Made by a program: the position numbers and the translations under genes
The notes under the pieces: model-generated
What the model saw: the letters and a program-made list of their open reading frames with translations, nothing else
The model's database searches: none
What the model was told of the DNA's origin: nothing
Assembly (NCBI GenBank): GCA_965655095.1
Contig: OZ296654.1
Location: forward strand, 40,982,001 to 41,046,000
Length of the DNA: 64,000 nt
Direction: 5' to 3'
Source of the DNA: Haplodiscus bocki
Taxonomy: Eukaryota
Part shown: positions 51,901 through 64,000 of the stretch, one piece after another
Numbering within the stretch: position 1 is the stretch's first letter
Layout of the letters: each line of letters opens with the position of its first letter

Positions 51901-54674
51901 AAACTTGATAAACAAAAATGATAAATTTTGCGAGTATGCTGCATAGTTATCGAGTGTATAGATTTTCACTTTTCATTTAACTTTTTACGTTCAGTTTCTG
52001 CCTCATGTGCAATATGCAGAAACGGTTTCCTGTAATTTTTAAGGATACGAGACGATTCTACCAGCACATCAAAGCAAAAATGCCGCAAATGTTCTCCGCC
52101 TAAAGAAATTTTTCCGCACAAAACTTATTACCTTTCCCGTGTTAACGTCTCACGCGAAATCAGCGCTGTTCCGAAATTATTCATGACGAAACAGCTGCAT
52201 GCTCAGCACTAAATCAGTAATGAATCAGCGCTGTAAACTACCTGAAAGTATCTGAACAGCACTGTTTCAGCGCTGTTCAGCTCCAAAAACCCTTTTTCCC
52301 AGAGCAAAAAACAACATAGCACTGAACAGCGCTGTTTCAGAGCTGACTTTGTCTGAATCAGCGCTGGTTTTCTCTGAGTCAGAGCTGCTTTTCTCTGAGT
52401 CACCGCTGTACCCCAATTTTCTCAAAGCGATAAAAAATGCTGATTCAGAGGGAAAACACATTTTTGGAACTGCATTGTATCCGAGGTAGAGCTTATCAGA
52501 GCTGAAATCATTTGATTCAAGATTACAAAATTCGGGGCAGAAAATTTTTTTTCTACTCACACTTTATCTTTTGGCGAAAAAGCAAATGAAAGCTGAAAGT
52601 TGACGTGAATATGGCCAGAAACAAATATTTGAAAAACAGCACCTTATTCAACTAAAAAAACACCACCATACTTAAGTAAAAGAATCAAACCAAAAATGTT
52701 ACAAAAAAAACATCAAAATGTACAACAATCGAAATGGTGTTAGTTTTACCAGAACGAAAACAGGTGCATGTTTGGAAAAAATGATAACCGATTTCGGAAC
52801 GTACGGTTAACACCTAAAAACAAATACGAGTAAGGCATAAAGGAGCACTAGGAATGACATCTATAAAATAACATCTAAAACCATGTGACGGTCAATCCTA
52901 AATGATGCGGAATACGATTTAAGAGAACGATATATTTACACCTAAAAACAAAAAAGGTTAACAACTTAATGCAGACCACGAACAACATTTAGAGAATAAC
53001 GTCTAAAATGATTCCGAGAATTACGTTTAAAATCATGAGACGGCCATTCCTACAAGATCCGGATTTCTACTTGAGGATTAGATTTTATTCCTTTCTGCCC
53101 CGAAGCTAAAAACGATAGGATCTAAAAAAGAAAAATCCTAAAGTGTAATACAATGAAAGCGACGCTGCAAACTGAAGCTGTCAGAGACTATCAGCGATAA
53201 AGCAGCTGATTTTCACTGAAACAGTTCTGTTTCAGAGCTGATCAGCTCTGATTTTTTTCTGAATCAGCGCTGGTCAAAATTCATCACATTCTTGTCTAAA
53301 ATATAAAAAAAAACAGTCTCATTCTACTTTACGAGCTCATTTTTTGTTATTTCGTTTGTTTTTCCGTAATTCACCAGACGTGCAGTCATGGAGTGGAGAA
53401 AAAACAATTTTACAACAACTCGATGTATCGACGAAATTTTGGTTGAAAAGAGTTCTGCTACAACTTACATAATCTAATACATTGTCTTTTCGAGGACCAT
53501 AAAACCTTCCCTAATACTATTTGAGCCTTTTTCGTCGATTTTTCATGTTTTTTCCGCAACTCTGAACAGAGGTAATTCATAAAAAATCAGGGCTGATCAA
53601 CTCCTAAACAGCGCTGATCGTCGCTAGATTTTTTGCGTGTTCTCTGAATCAACGCTGAACAGCACTGAAAAACGTCAAATCTCTGAAACAACGCTGTTCA
53701 GCGCTGAATATTTCTGGGACTTCCACCCAGGTTGTCAGATATAGAAAAAATTTTCAACTTCGGCAATTTCTTCAGTTGACCTAGATGTCAAGCACAAAAC
53801 TCTTCCTTTTACAGAAATTAAAAGCAAACACAATGAAAATTGTAAAAAAAAATACTTGCAAGAAGACATATCTGTAATGCTGAAACTATCTTTAAAATTT
53901 TATTATTTACCACATATGAAGTTTCAAAACGGAATATATGCAATTCATGGATGACTCACCCAAAGCTTCTCTTGACATTCCCAACAGTGTACCAACAAGA
54001 ACCAGAATGAGGAGAATCGAATAAGTCACCCATGCCACAATAAATCCAGCGGATGAGGTTTCGATATCCGGTTGCTCCATGGCCGAGACCACAGAAGGGG
54101 GATTCTGCTTCGTCGAATTTACTAATCGCTGGAAAATTATCATAGCATCACTAGTTGAGCATTCAGCGGGCAAGCAGACTCCAACGGTAAACACAAACTC
54201 ATCAGTTGGATTTTGGTTGAAAGCGACCAGAAATGGCTTCGTGTCCGGAAAGTCTTCAACTTCTACTGGCATCACCCCGGACTTGACGTTTGTGCATTGC
54301 TCTGGCTGGCCTAGATAAGTGATTCGGCCTTCAATCAGTCCAGTGCCAGTTTTCGCAAACGAATCCCAAAATTTGGGAACCTCAGACTTATTATAAGTTA
54401 CAATTCTGCCCCAGTCTCTCTGACAAGCAATTGATATAATGCCACTTCTTTCGAAATCAATATCCAGAGTTTCTGATACAACGAATTCAAAGGGGTCGTT
54501 GAAGTTATCGAATGTTTCGATTTCAAAAATTTGCAAAATTTCAAAGTTTGATTTGCACCTTTTCATTAATTGGCTATCAACCAAACTGAAAATGGGACGT
54601 ACAGAGAGAACATTAGTACTTACTGGAGATATCTGTACCAATACAGAAAGAAGCGCAAGCGTTTCATAAAACAT
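45283..54674 (-). CDS. nrf-6: NRF-6-like (nose resistant to fluoxetine 6) O-acyltransferase; 5 exons, 2247 nt, 748 aa; family-level call, orthology not established
   Basis: join(54674-53960, 51850-51644, 51570-51055, 50001-49829, 45918-45283). All introns are GT-AG, phases 1,1,1,0, with no stops. Signal peptide; NRF domain (LGQPEQC, GVCLPAECS); Acyl_transf_3 motifs LNGIRVMSMAWVVLGHT, SVDTFFVLSG, FYIHRLARLWP, WTWYVASDMQFY and PFARINYTTYIWH. Confidence 0.93.
46630..46844. mobile_element. MITE with TTGCAA(GA) internal repeats, in intron 4
   Basis: TIRs ccagagaaacgtatctcgca and tgcaagataggttttccgg, with numerous cttgcaag palindromes. A related decayed fragment lies at ~47510-47705. Confidence 0.7.
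48663..49152 (+). mobile_element. Helentron/HINE (DINE-1-like) non-autonomous element, copy A
   Basis: 5' ttattttccgcc, 3' partial inverted copy ggctcaaaata, then ggtggccggccgtcttgtt. Homologous to the copies at 59352 and 61024. Confidence 0.6.
49829..50001 (-). CDS. NRF-6-like exon 4
   Basis: Acceptor cgtttag|, giving CI-D-WTWYVASDMQFY; donor GGA|GTAAGT; 173 nt, phase 0. Confidence 0.92.
50065..50331. mobile_element. MITE with ~34-bp TIRs and CAGCGCTG repeats, in intron 3
   Basis: TIRs cctgggttgaagtcccagagcaaaacagcgctga and tcagcgctgatttgctatgggacttcaaaacggg. Confidence 0.85.
51055..51570 (-). CDS. NRF-6-like exon 3 (Acyl_transf_3 N-terminal half)
   Basis: Acceptor tttctggtcag| after a 73-bp intron; donor G|GTGAGT; 516 nt. 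Confidence 0.92.
51644..51850 (-). CDS. NRF-6-like exon 2 (Asn-rich cytoplasmic linker)
   Basis: Acceptor tttttgtttag|, donor G|GTAAGA; 207 nt; in frame with FFLCFDFHNNMKKIL. Confidence 0.85.
52136..53731. mobile_element. ~1.6-kb non-autonomous TIR element of the same CAGCGCTG family, in intron 1
   Basis: Ends cccgtgttaacgtctcacgcgaaatcagcgctg and cagcgctgaatatttctgggacttccacccagg, with subterminal cagcgctg/cagagctg clusters. No transposase recognised. Confidence 0.7.
53960..54674 (-). CDS. NRF-6-like exon 1 (signal peptide, NRF domain, first TM)
   Basis: ATG at 54674; donor G|GTGAGT at 53959; 715 nt, phase 1. Confidence 0.9.
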
Positions 54675-57397
54675 TATAACTAAATTATGAGAACAGACCC
54701 TCTGCCGATAGTTTCTAGCTTTTAGAGGCGCCGAAGTTTGATTAGAGTGATCTTATGATGATGCTCATGTTGAACGTGAACTAATGTCAAGAAAAGCTCT
54801 TATTTCACAGATGACACTATGAGTTCTTCGTTAGTTCTAAAGCTTCGAGTGCTTACAATAGAAAGTAAGACATAGTAAACTTTGAGTAAAAGTTTGTTCA
54901 AGTGTGTCCAAGTTTGTATTGGAATTATTTGAACTCGAAACATATTTATCATATTTGTCAACTTGCATTTTGGGTCTAAAACAATGTGTCTGTGTCAAAG
55001 GATTTTTGCAAATATTCTGAACTTCGATTATGATATGCATCCGCTTACAATTAACAACTAGCTAAAAAGGTGTTTCTTTAAAAGTACTGAAACCAAGCAA
55101 TTATTTGACAAAAAATACCTTTTTTGTGATTGGGCGAAAGGTCAATATCTAGAAAAAAAATAATCATTTGTATATTGGATCACTCTCAGAGGCAAAGGCA
55201 CAGCACAAAAGCAGATGGGCGAGTTTTTAGCCCCAGAAAGTAAAATTTAGGAGGCTCGCTTTTTTTTCAGAAGATTCTTTATTTGTCAACTATGAAGATT
55301 GAAGAGCCTTTTCACACCAGCAGCCCACGCATTTTTATGCATTTTTAGCCAAAATGTTGACACGGAAGGCAGAAGCACAAAAACTCAATGGAAAACCAAT
55401 AGTTTTAGCTGTTCGCTTCGGTGGTTGATGTTGGATCTCCAAAAACACCAATTTGGACAAACATTCACACTTTTCCGAATTTATTCAAAATTTATCACTT
55501 TCTATCTAATTAAGTTAGATACATGACCACAAAGCTAATTTGATAGGCAAAAGAGCAAAAAAATAAAAAATTCCGTAAAATTAGCCAATTTGCGGTGACT
55601 CTAAAACACTAAGAAAGACTCTCTTTAACAAATTTTTAGAAATTATGCGAATTTGTCGAAAAAGCTTCTTCGTTTCAGCGTTCAATGCAATTGTAGCTGA
55701 GAAGTCCAATGATACAGCAAAAGACAAACAACTCCGTGCAATTCCTAAAACACCTTTTACTCATATTTTTCATTTTTCACTTACCAAGAAAAATTTTCTT
55801 TAAGTGCTATATACATTTTTGTATTGGTTTTTAAGGCACCTCTGCTGAAAAACTGCACCAGATGGGAAAAGTCAGAAACATCTGGAACCGTCGAAAAATT
55901 ACAATTTCTGGCCAACTTTATCGTTTCAAAAAATTTCTACAAGAGCGATATTTTCGATTTTGCTACTGAATTCAGCAACAGTGGTTTTTTAAAGCTTTCT
56001 TGATAGGGCTAGTAGGTGGAAAGCTAAAATGGATGACAAAAATGAAAATTTCCCGGAGAAATTACAAAAGTAGCTGCTTTTGGATTCTTTTAAAAGACCA
56101 AAGACGCCAACTCTTTACCTTAAGGACTTAAAATTAAGAATTTGTAACAAATTTTTAAGCAATTGAGAGACTCTCAAAATTTATCAAGTTGAAATAGGTT
56201 ACGTTTGATGTGTACTTACAACTGATTGGGGAGGCGCAAGAGCAAAGTTCTCGAAAAAGTCTAGAAATCACCTATTTCTCACTTAGTTCATGGGAATTCT
56301 GCAATAATGACATGTTCTGACAGCTAGTCTTGAGCTTTTGTGTCGTTCGAGTGTGTAATGGTTACTGGAAAATTGATGTGGAGGGCAGAAGTGCAAAAAA
56401 TCTGGGGAAAAAAGAAAAATGGCTAATTTTAGCTAAATTTTAAGCCTCAAAAACACATCTTTTCTGATGAATGTTCAAAAGTGTTGAAGAGTTTTCATTG
56501 ATAATTACTGATTGCTTAGCTGAATGTTTAGTTCACCAGAAAAAATAGCGAAAGTTCAAAAACTAGTCCGAAAATTTAACTATTTCAGTTCACTCAACAA
56601 CACAGAAATGCACTTTTCACGCAAACAAACGCCAAGTTTATCTGAAAATGTGCGTCTGTTTTTATTTGTCGTACTTTTCAGCAAAAACAATTGATTCGGT
56701 TGCAAAGAATGCGAAGATGCAGTCGTTACTTTTGTTGGTTGTTTAGAGTAGCGGAAGCGACAAAAATTGAAAAAAAAACGCGTTTTTGTAACGATTCAGA
56801 ATATTTACTTACGTCTTTTAGGCCATATAGTCGAAGCTTGCCGGCAACTAGAATTTTTACAAAGGAAAATATGACAAAACGTGACAACAATAGGATACTT
56901 CACTCGCTCCACTCCCTCACCTCCTAAAAACTGGGAAAGTTTCTGAGAAATGACTCAAGATTGTGTTCGTGTTAATCTGTCTAGATATGATTATGACCGT
57001 TACTTGAGATGTAGGAGGCTCTGATTTTTTTGAAGTCTTTGGAATATTTCGATGTTTTCCTCCAAGATCTCAACATTCATGACTGATAAAGAAGAATTGT
57101 TTGACTGTTCTGTCTAATTGATTGTTCTGTAGCTCCAGATCAATTCTGCATTTTTTAACTCTAACATTTTTTTCTGAACTTAACTCATAAAATAAAATCA
57201 CCAGAAACCGAAACGACATGCTCACCCCATGTATTATAATGTTGCATAACTAAATGTTTCGGTGTGACGTGAACTTTTTGGTAAAAGCTCCTTTCGCGAA
57301 AACCTGTTAGAGTTGAGAGTTGCAAAAAAAGTTTTGAAGCTATAAAATGGTTCTGACAAATCTTCATCTTCAAAAATTTATGCTGCCGTTTTTGTAG

Positions 57398-58160
57398 GAC
57401 CCATGAAGAAAAAGTAGCTGAATAACCCTTCCATGCTATACTCTTTCCTGGTTTTGAGAAGATGACCTGGATATACCTCATTAGCTATTAGTTAGTACAT
57501 TGCTACATGGTGAGATTAGAAAGATGTCCTGTGAGACCCATGCAGAAAAAGTAGCTGAATAACCCTTCCATGCTATACTCTTTCCTGGTTTTGAGAAGAT
57601 GACCTGGATATACCTCATTAGCTATTAGTTAGTACATTGCTACATGGTGAGATTAGAAAGATGTCCTGTGAGACCCATGCAGAAAAAGTAGCTGAATAAC
57701 CCTTCAATGTTATACTCTTTCCCGATGTTGAGAAAATGACCTGGATATAACTCAATAGCTACTAGTTAGTACATTGCTACATGGTGAGATTAGAAAGATG
57801 TCCTGTGAGACCCATGCAGAAAAAATAGCTGAATAACTCTTCAATGTTATACTCTTTCCCGATGTTGAGAAAATGACCTGGATATAACTCAATAGCTATT
57901 AGTTAGTACATTGCTACATGTTGAGATTAGAAAGATGTCCTGTGAGACCCATGCAGAAAAAATAGCTGAATAACCCTTTCATGCTGTAATTTTTCCCGAT
58001 GTTGAGAAAATGACTTGGATATAACTCAATAGCTACTAGTTATTACATTGCTACATGGTGGGATTAGAAAGATGTCCTGGGAGACCCGAGAAGAAAAAGT
58101 AGCTGAATAACCCTTCCATGCTATACTTTTTCCTGGTTTTGAGAAGATGACCTGGATATA
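57398..58160. repeat. 137-bp tandem repeat, ~5.6 copies
   Basis: The anchor GACCC occurs at 57398, 57535, 57672, 57809, 57946 and 58083, an exact 137-bp period. Confidence 0.98.
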
Positions 58161-59351
58161 TGGATTTGAAAATTCAAAACTTGTAAAAAAAATTTCAATC
58201 GTTAACTTTTTGGAATTATTAACCTTTAGTTTTTGATTCTTTTGTAACTTTAAATACAATGAAACTCGTTTCTTCTGATTTTGCTGCACAATTAATATAA
58301 CACAAAAAAATTTCGAAGAGAAACATAAAAAATTCATATCAAGCATTGGCCCATACCCAGATCGATGAACACCAAGCTTTTGAATCTATAATTTTCCTCT
58401 AGAGCTTCTCGAACTGCGTTTTGCGCAAACTTTAGGTCAAGTGAATGATTTTGTTCGAAATAAGTGACTTGAAGTAGCCATAGCAAATTCAATTGGTCAA
58501 AAGAGATATCTAAAATTTTGAGCAAAAATCTTCTTGAAAAATCAGGCAGCAATCCAAACCCAATCTACTCAAAATGAAAAAGTTGGTGCAGCATGTTTGT
58601 GAAAATAAAGATGATGGAGCGTTTATATGCCGAGTTATAGCACTTTTGAGGTTTCCTGAAAGGAGGGAATAGCTTTCAAAAACTCTCAAACATTTATCGC
58701 AAAATTTCAATTCTTCGTGTCGTTCAATGTTATGTTCTTTATCCTTTCAGTTTTTTCGGGAAGATGGGTTGAAAGTCCTATTAGTTCGGAAAAATGCAGA
58801 CGCCAGGATAATCACATAATAATTTGAATTTAGATTATAGCATTATGGATTCTGTGTTTCACTTTCTTGATTTTCAAAAAGCTTATTTATGTAAATGACA
58901 CGCAACTACTGAGGATTTTTTGAAGCACTTGAACATCGCGAAAAGTTGCAGGTACAGATCATTGATATATTCAACTCAACCTTCAATTTTTATCCTTTGC
59001 CCTAAATTACGAATAAGTTACGACTGGAAAAAACGCGTGACATATATTTTTGCTTTTTCAATGTTTATGAAAATATCTCACTCCTAAACAGTCAAGCAGT
59101 TCCAGTTTCATGAAATGTTATATAAAATTAGAGTTCATAATTATATCATGGGTATCCACGTGTACCAATGAGTGGGTACTCATACACGTGTAAAAAAAAT
59201 TTCAAAAGAAAACGAGTTTTTGAGCTAGTGGCACGTAATATGCCGACATGGAAAAGGTAGGAGCAGAATTTATTAACCAATTTCCAACCTCTTTTCAGGA
59301 AAAACACGGACAACGCTTTCAAAAAACTCTTAAATGAAGAAAGAAAATATA

Positions 59352-59712
59352 CAAGACAGCTGGCTGCCACCGGGATAATTTCCGTCCTCCAACTTCGTTA
59401 AAAATGCATTTTCAGGAAAAAAAGCCTTTTATTTGCGTTCTATTTGGCATTTGTTACTTGCCCCCAATTTTATAGAGTTTCGTTTTCTTTTCAAAAAAAC
59501 CAAATTTTTTCACTAAGGACCCCGTTTTCGTACATTTTTAAGAAACCCGACTATTTTTTCTAAAATTTTCTAAAATATGGTTTGGATATATTTTCAAGTT
59601 TTTCAAACTCATAAACTCATATCTCCTCCTGGAATTGGCAACTAAGCGTAAAAAATGCATATGTTGAGTGAATGATTTTCCCTCCACATTTAAAAATAGG
59701 CGAAAATCAACA
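59352..59712 (-). mobile_element. Helentron/HINE-like element, copy B (internally deleted)
   Basis: The minus strand reads tgttgattttcgcc...aattatcccggtggcagccagctgtcttg|t. Confidence 0.55.
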
Positions 59713-61023
59713 TGGGTTTAATGACGAAGCAATAAACTATTTGTGATACAGACTTTCGCGCAAAAACTCTTACCAATTCGAAACAACAGTTGGAAAGAGC
59801 TAGAAAAGAATGACACAAATATCGGAGAGTTGGAAGGTAATTAGAGGACTTTTCAGCAAAGAAACGATCAATAGGAGCCATAGAAAGGCAGCTAATGAAA
59901 TGGCTGTGAAACGAAGTTGGGAAGAAAACAAAAAAAGCAAGACCCTTCCAATACGTTAACAAAATTCCGTTTCCTGTGAAATAAAGAGAAACAATCCGGT
60001 CATAGTAAGAAACGTGCAATCGATTTTAAACGGTCTTTTCAATAAAACTGCCCCCTGAAAGGATTGTAAAGAAAAACAAAAAAATAGCAAAAACATAATT
60101 TCCAGCTCAATTGCAAAATAAACTATTAGCAAACTGCCAATTTTGGCTAAAATACTCAACAAAGTATAAAAAAAATGTTTTTAAAGCAAAACCTTTAAGA
60201 AGCTTAGTTCAGTGCTGTGCAAATGCTTTTCTCAGAAAGCAAAAAAGACCGTTCACTTTCTCCTAATTCAGGCAAACGCTGCAACCTTGAAGTCAAGAAA
60301 GAGGGGGAAAAATTGTCAGAAACAGTTATTTTACAAAGAAGAAAAACACGAAACACTCAAGTACATAAATTTAGTGCAATATTGTATGGACTGACACTAA
60401 ATTGAAGAATGAAAAACAGGCTCGAAAAACACGCCTTCAGTAAAGATGATTTTTTGAATCAAGAAAATCTTTGAAAAATTTGGGCACTTTTCATGTCTTG
60501 CCGTGCAAGGACAAGGCCACAAAAATGTCAGTTTGAATCAAACTTCAAATTGGAGCTGCTTTATTGCTTAATAGACCACTAGCGCTCAATTAACAACCTT
60601 TCAGCTTGTAGGCGCAAGATTTAGCCTTGAAAAATGATTTTTTAAAGATATTTGATGCATTATCAAAATGCCATCTGCTCAAAACCTGGCGAAGATTTTT
60701 TTCACAGTTTAAGATCGGATAAAGTTGAATACGGATCAACTGCGACCGTTTCTAGAAAGAAACTGAAGCCAATCATTCCCTGCAGAACAATTTACTAGCA
60801 GTCGATTTTAATTTTACCAACAAAACTTTTACCCGCGGCCATCGCTTTCAATTTTGCAACCTTAATTCGACGCTGTCTTATATCAAATCAGCAGAAAAAA
60901 AATATCACCGCAAGGAGCGGCGAAGCTACCAAGTCTAGCACAAAGGACAACTAGAATAAAAGAGACGCCAAAAGTTTTGATCAAGAATGACAGAAAAATA
61001 ATTTGGGTCGTTACAAGAATACT

Positions 61024-61534
61024 ATTATTTTGCGCCAGATTTATAAAATGGAAGCAAACTTTTCCTCTCAATTGAGTGTGTTTTTTACCCGATACTTGCT
61101 AATTGCGTTCAAGCTAAACGATGTTGGCCAAAATGTTCACGTTTCTGGACGTGAAAAATTGTTTTAACCAAATTGAAGCAAGTTTGCCGTAGAAAATGAC
61201 TGAAATAGTGATTAGATTTCTCAAAGCGTTCAAAATTTTGTTTAGTTTTGGGAAAATAGATCGGTTTTTTCGAAAAAAACCATGAATTTTTTTAAATTCC
61301 TTAAATTAGGCAAACGTTTTGTAGAATGCTCATCAAATGGTATTATTTCTTAAAAATGACTTTCTACATTATTTGTGAGTTTTTCGGCAAAAATCAGAAA
61401 ATTTTTAAAAGTGGAAAAATTTGAGACTATAATGAACAAACAGAGTCTTTTGAAGAAAAAACGTTTTCTTTTAACAAAGCATTTTTACCAAATTGGGAGG
61501 GTGCAAAATATGCCGGTGGTAGCCGGCCGTCTTG
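61024..61534 (+). mobile_element. Helentron/HINE-like element, copy C (best preserved)
   Basis: Subterminal IR tattttgcgcc / ggtgcaaaata, hairpin GCCGG-tggtag-CCGGC (61512-61527), terminal CTTG followed by a T run. Confidence 0.65.
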
Positions 61535-62681
61535 TTTTGGTTAGCAAGTGAAAACAACGAACGAGGGCGTTTTCAACATCAGCACTGTAGATTTCTTCAC
61601 AGGAATTGCAGCAAAAAAACTGGTTTTTGTGTGGAAGATCGGTAATGCTCTAATCCATACGTGGTGGTCGGTACTAAGTTGGTATACCTACACTGCATAG
61701 GAGAAGAAATCTGACTTGATTTACTAGACAGCTTCGTATCTCAGCTGAGGTGTTTCTTGGTTAGCTATCAGAAAGCAACTGTTCATAAGACTTGATGTTA
61801 TGTCTCACTAAATTTACATATCTTCTACAAATCAGATTAAAGTTTTGATGAATATACTGCTACAGTTAAGCCGATAGCACTCCAGCGTTGCCCAAACAAA
61901 ATACCATCTTTGATCTGTAAAACAGAGTATAGAAAGAGAATGATGCAAAACACTATCCAAAAATTTAATGTTGGGCTTGCAGTGTGAAAAAGACAACTGT
62001 ACTAGTTTAGTAGATCGGGTACTCTAGTTTCGAAAGGTATAAGCAACCTGAAGTTAAGTCGTGGTTAGTCACTCTGTGAAAAAACTACACAAATTAGGTG
62101 TGCCATTTCCGTTAATGCCGGTTTAAGTAGGACAAAAGACCTCTATTCAGAGATTTATTCACCTAATGTTAATTTTAACAAATCATCTTGCTCACTTCAT
62201 TTCAATTTTCCCATTGGTTTATTTTACAGAAGAAACTTTAAACTCCATAACTTTCTAAAAATTCTACTAGTTTGTCCACTAGAGACGTGAAAGTGATGGA
62301 CAATCCAATTCACAATGGTTGGAAGTCCAACATTTGGCATGCGAACGGATCTACTCAACTGTGAACCAAAAGTCACAGGAACTTGTGACGAGTCTTTTCC
62401 TGCTCTAAATGGTTTAGATTACTAGTGTGAGAGGCAAAGAACACCACTTTGGGACAAGGATTGTCTAGGGAACGATCCCCTGTGGGTTCCCGGTTTTCTG
62501 AGTTGATGTTCCTGGATGTTCCCTGTCGCAATATATCCGCGAAACCTACGGGCATAAAATTCCACAGAAAGCAAAAAGACATCCCGGATCGTCTAAGAAT
62601 TTAATGAAACTCTATCAAACAAAAAACTATTTCATTTCTATGTATACATTAATGTTGCATTCCTATATGAACGCTTTTATA

Positions 62682-63009
62682 TGTAGTTGATAGGTATCAA
62701 ATGCGTATCACTCCCCTGTAAAAGTTCTTGTAATTGCTACGTATTGTATACGCAGCACTCCCGTATGCTGATCCAGATTGGGACAGAACCGTTACGAGCG
62801 AGCGCATATTTACCTAGTAGCTACTCTAGGAGTGAATAGTTGTTCCGTACGCTTTCCGTCGTTACTAGTCTGGTGAAGTCTCACCAAAATCATTCCAATT
62901 TAGAGTGCTATTAGACTGTGTTACGACGGCCAAATACGGAACACTTCCGAGGCCACTCATTTCATTCTTCTCAAAAGCACTGCGACGAGCAGTGCTACAG
63001 AGAACTACG
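62682..63009 (+). mobile_element. Possible LTR of a second retroelement
   Basis: TGTAGTT...AACTAC(g) terminal inverted motif followed by a PBS-like tagtcgctccgga, with higher GC than the flanks. No partner LTR or TSD in the window. Confidence 0.3.
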
Positions 63010-64000
63010 TAGTCGCTCCGGAACGGCCTAGTAGAAATGAGGAACCAACTAGCAGAAATGAGAAACAGACTGGGAACGCTCTTAGTTCCTACCTATTTTT
63101 AAATCAAAACGTGTTCCATGAATTATTAGGCATTCTTCTCTTACTTTAACATGAAATTCTGAGCCACTTAGCGCAAGTATTTTTTTCACCGTAACTAACT
63201 GACAAATTTCTCTTTAATAATTCCTAACTATGACAAACATTTGAAGTAAAAATTTCTTGACATTTATTTATTGTCAGCGCGGGAAAAAACGATTTGATTT
63301 CCACTGCCAACGGATCAAGTCCGTATATTTCCTATCGAAAAAAGGAGATGACGCGGCGTGCGAGGAAGAAAATGGAAAAAAAAGTGTTTATTTCCCGCCA
63401 GAGTTGGCACCTATCCTTTGTAGATGAAATAATTGAAGTGCTTTCCCCTACGTTGTGCATTGAATTGGCGTGTAAACAATTACAATTCACAGCAAGGATA
63501 GGTTATCACTAGGACAAAAGAAAGCACTGGGGAAAAAGATCATTATTATCACTTCGATTATCAGTTGACTGTACTGATTGCAACAATTTGTTCATTCTGA
63601 ATAATCACAATTTTTGTTTTAATCTCAAGCTGATAAACAAGTAAAAATAATTCAGTGTTCACAAATGAGTAGCATTTTCCCCTTCAAAACATGCAACATA
63701 GAGAAAGAAAACGAAAGTTGGCAGCTGTTGAAAGAGAAACACAAGAGCATCCTAGGAACGGCCAGTCACGAAACACGTCCGTTCCGAGAATTAACGAAGA
63801 ATATATCACGCAGGTCTCTGAGAGCATTGAAGGCAGTGTCGCTGAAAACTGTCCCAAAAATTCAGCAGGTGAGAGTATGACGTCTCTGAAGCTGTCCACA
63901 GTCAGAATTGAAGTTGGGAGCTATTGAAGCAGGCTTTTGATGATGGTAATAATCAAGTTCAAATGAGGATTTTACAAGTATGGTTCCTCATTAGTTTCAG

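Noticed and set aside
45167-54669. ORFs overlapping NRF-6-like exons in other frames or antisense (45167-45592, 49560-49928, 51424-51669, 54079-54318, 54439-54669)
   Set aside because: Shadow ORFs of a real coding sequence.
57185-58346. Minus-strand ORFs 57185-57481 and 58026-58346 sharing YIQVIFSKPGKSIAWKGYSATFSS
   Set aside because: Translations of the 137-bp repeat, whose period is not a multiple of 3 and whose units contain stops.

Overview
AT-rich, repeat-dense eukaryotic (animal-type) genomic window with GT-AG spliceosomal introns and one 200-N scaffold gap (8276-8475). I can support two intact host genes, both on the minus strand. One is an NEDD8 gene with an uninterrupted CDS and an unusually long 28-aa C-terminal propeptide (12802-13116). 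The other is a 5-exon, 748-aa NRF-6-like O-acyltransferase (NRF domain plus Acyl_transf_3; 45283-54674), with every splice junction phase-checked. The rest is mostly mobile or repetitive DNA: a 61-bp satellite (1-1187), a decayed Maverick/Polinton-type packaging ATPase (~6650-7257), a diverged ~780-bp tandem array, several MITEs, three Helentron/HINE-like elements and a 137-bp tandem array. A ~12.7-kb Ty3/Gypsy LTR retrotransposon inserted into the ~780-bp array. A 6535-bp tandem duplication (20711-27245 / 27246-33774) later copied part of the array plus the 5' half of that element. The most striking observation comes from that duplication. By hand count the two copies differ at ~0.3% of sites in the host-array part but ~2% in the retroelement part, with the step at the LTR edge. 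This suggests TE-restricted hypermutation or one-sided homogenisation. All family assignments are from motif recognition, not database searches.
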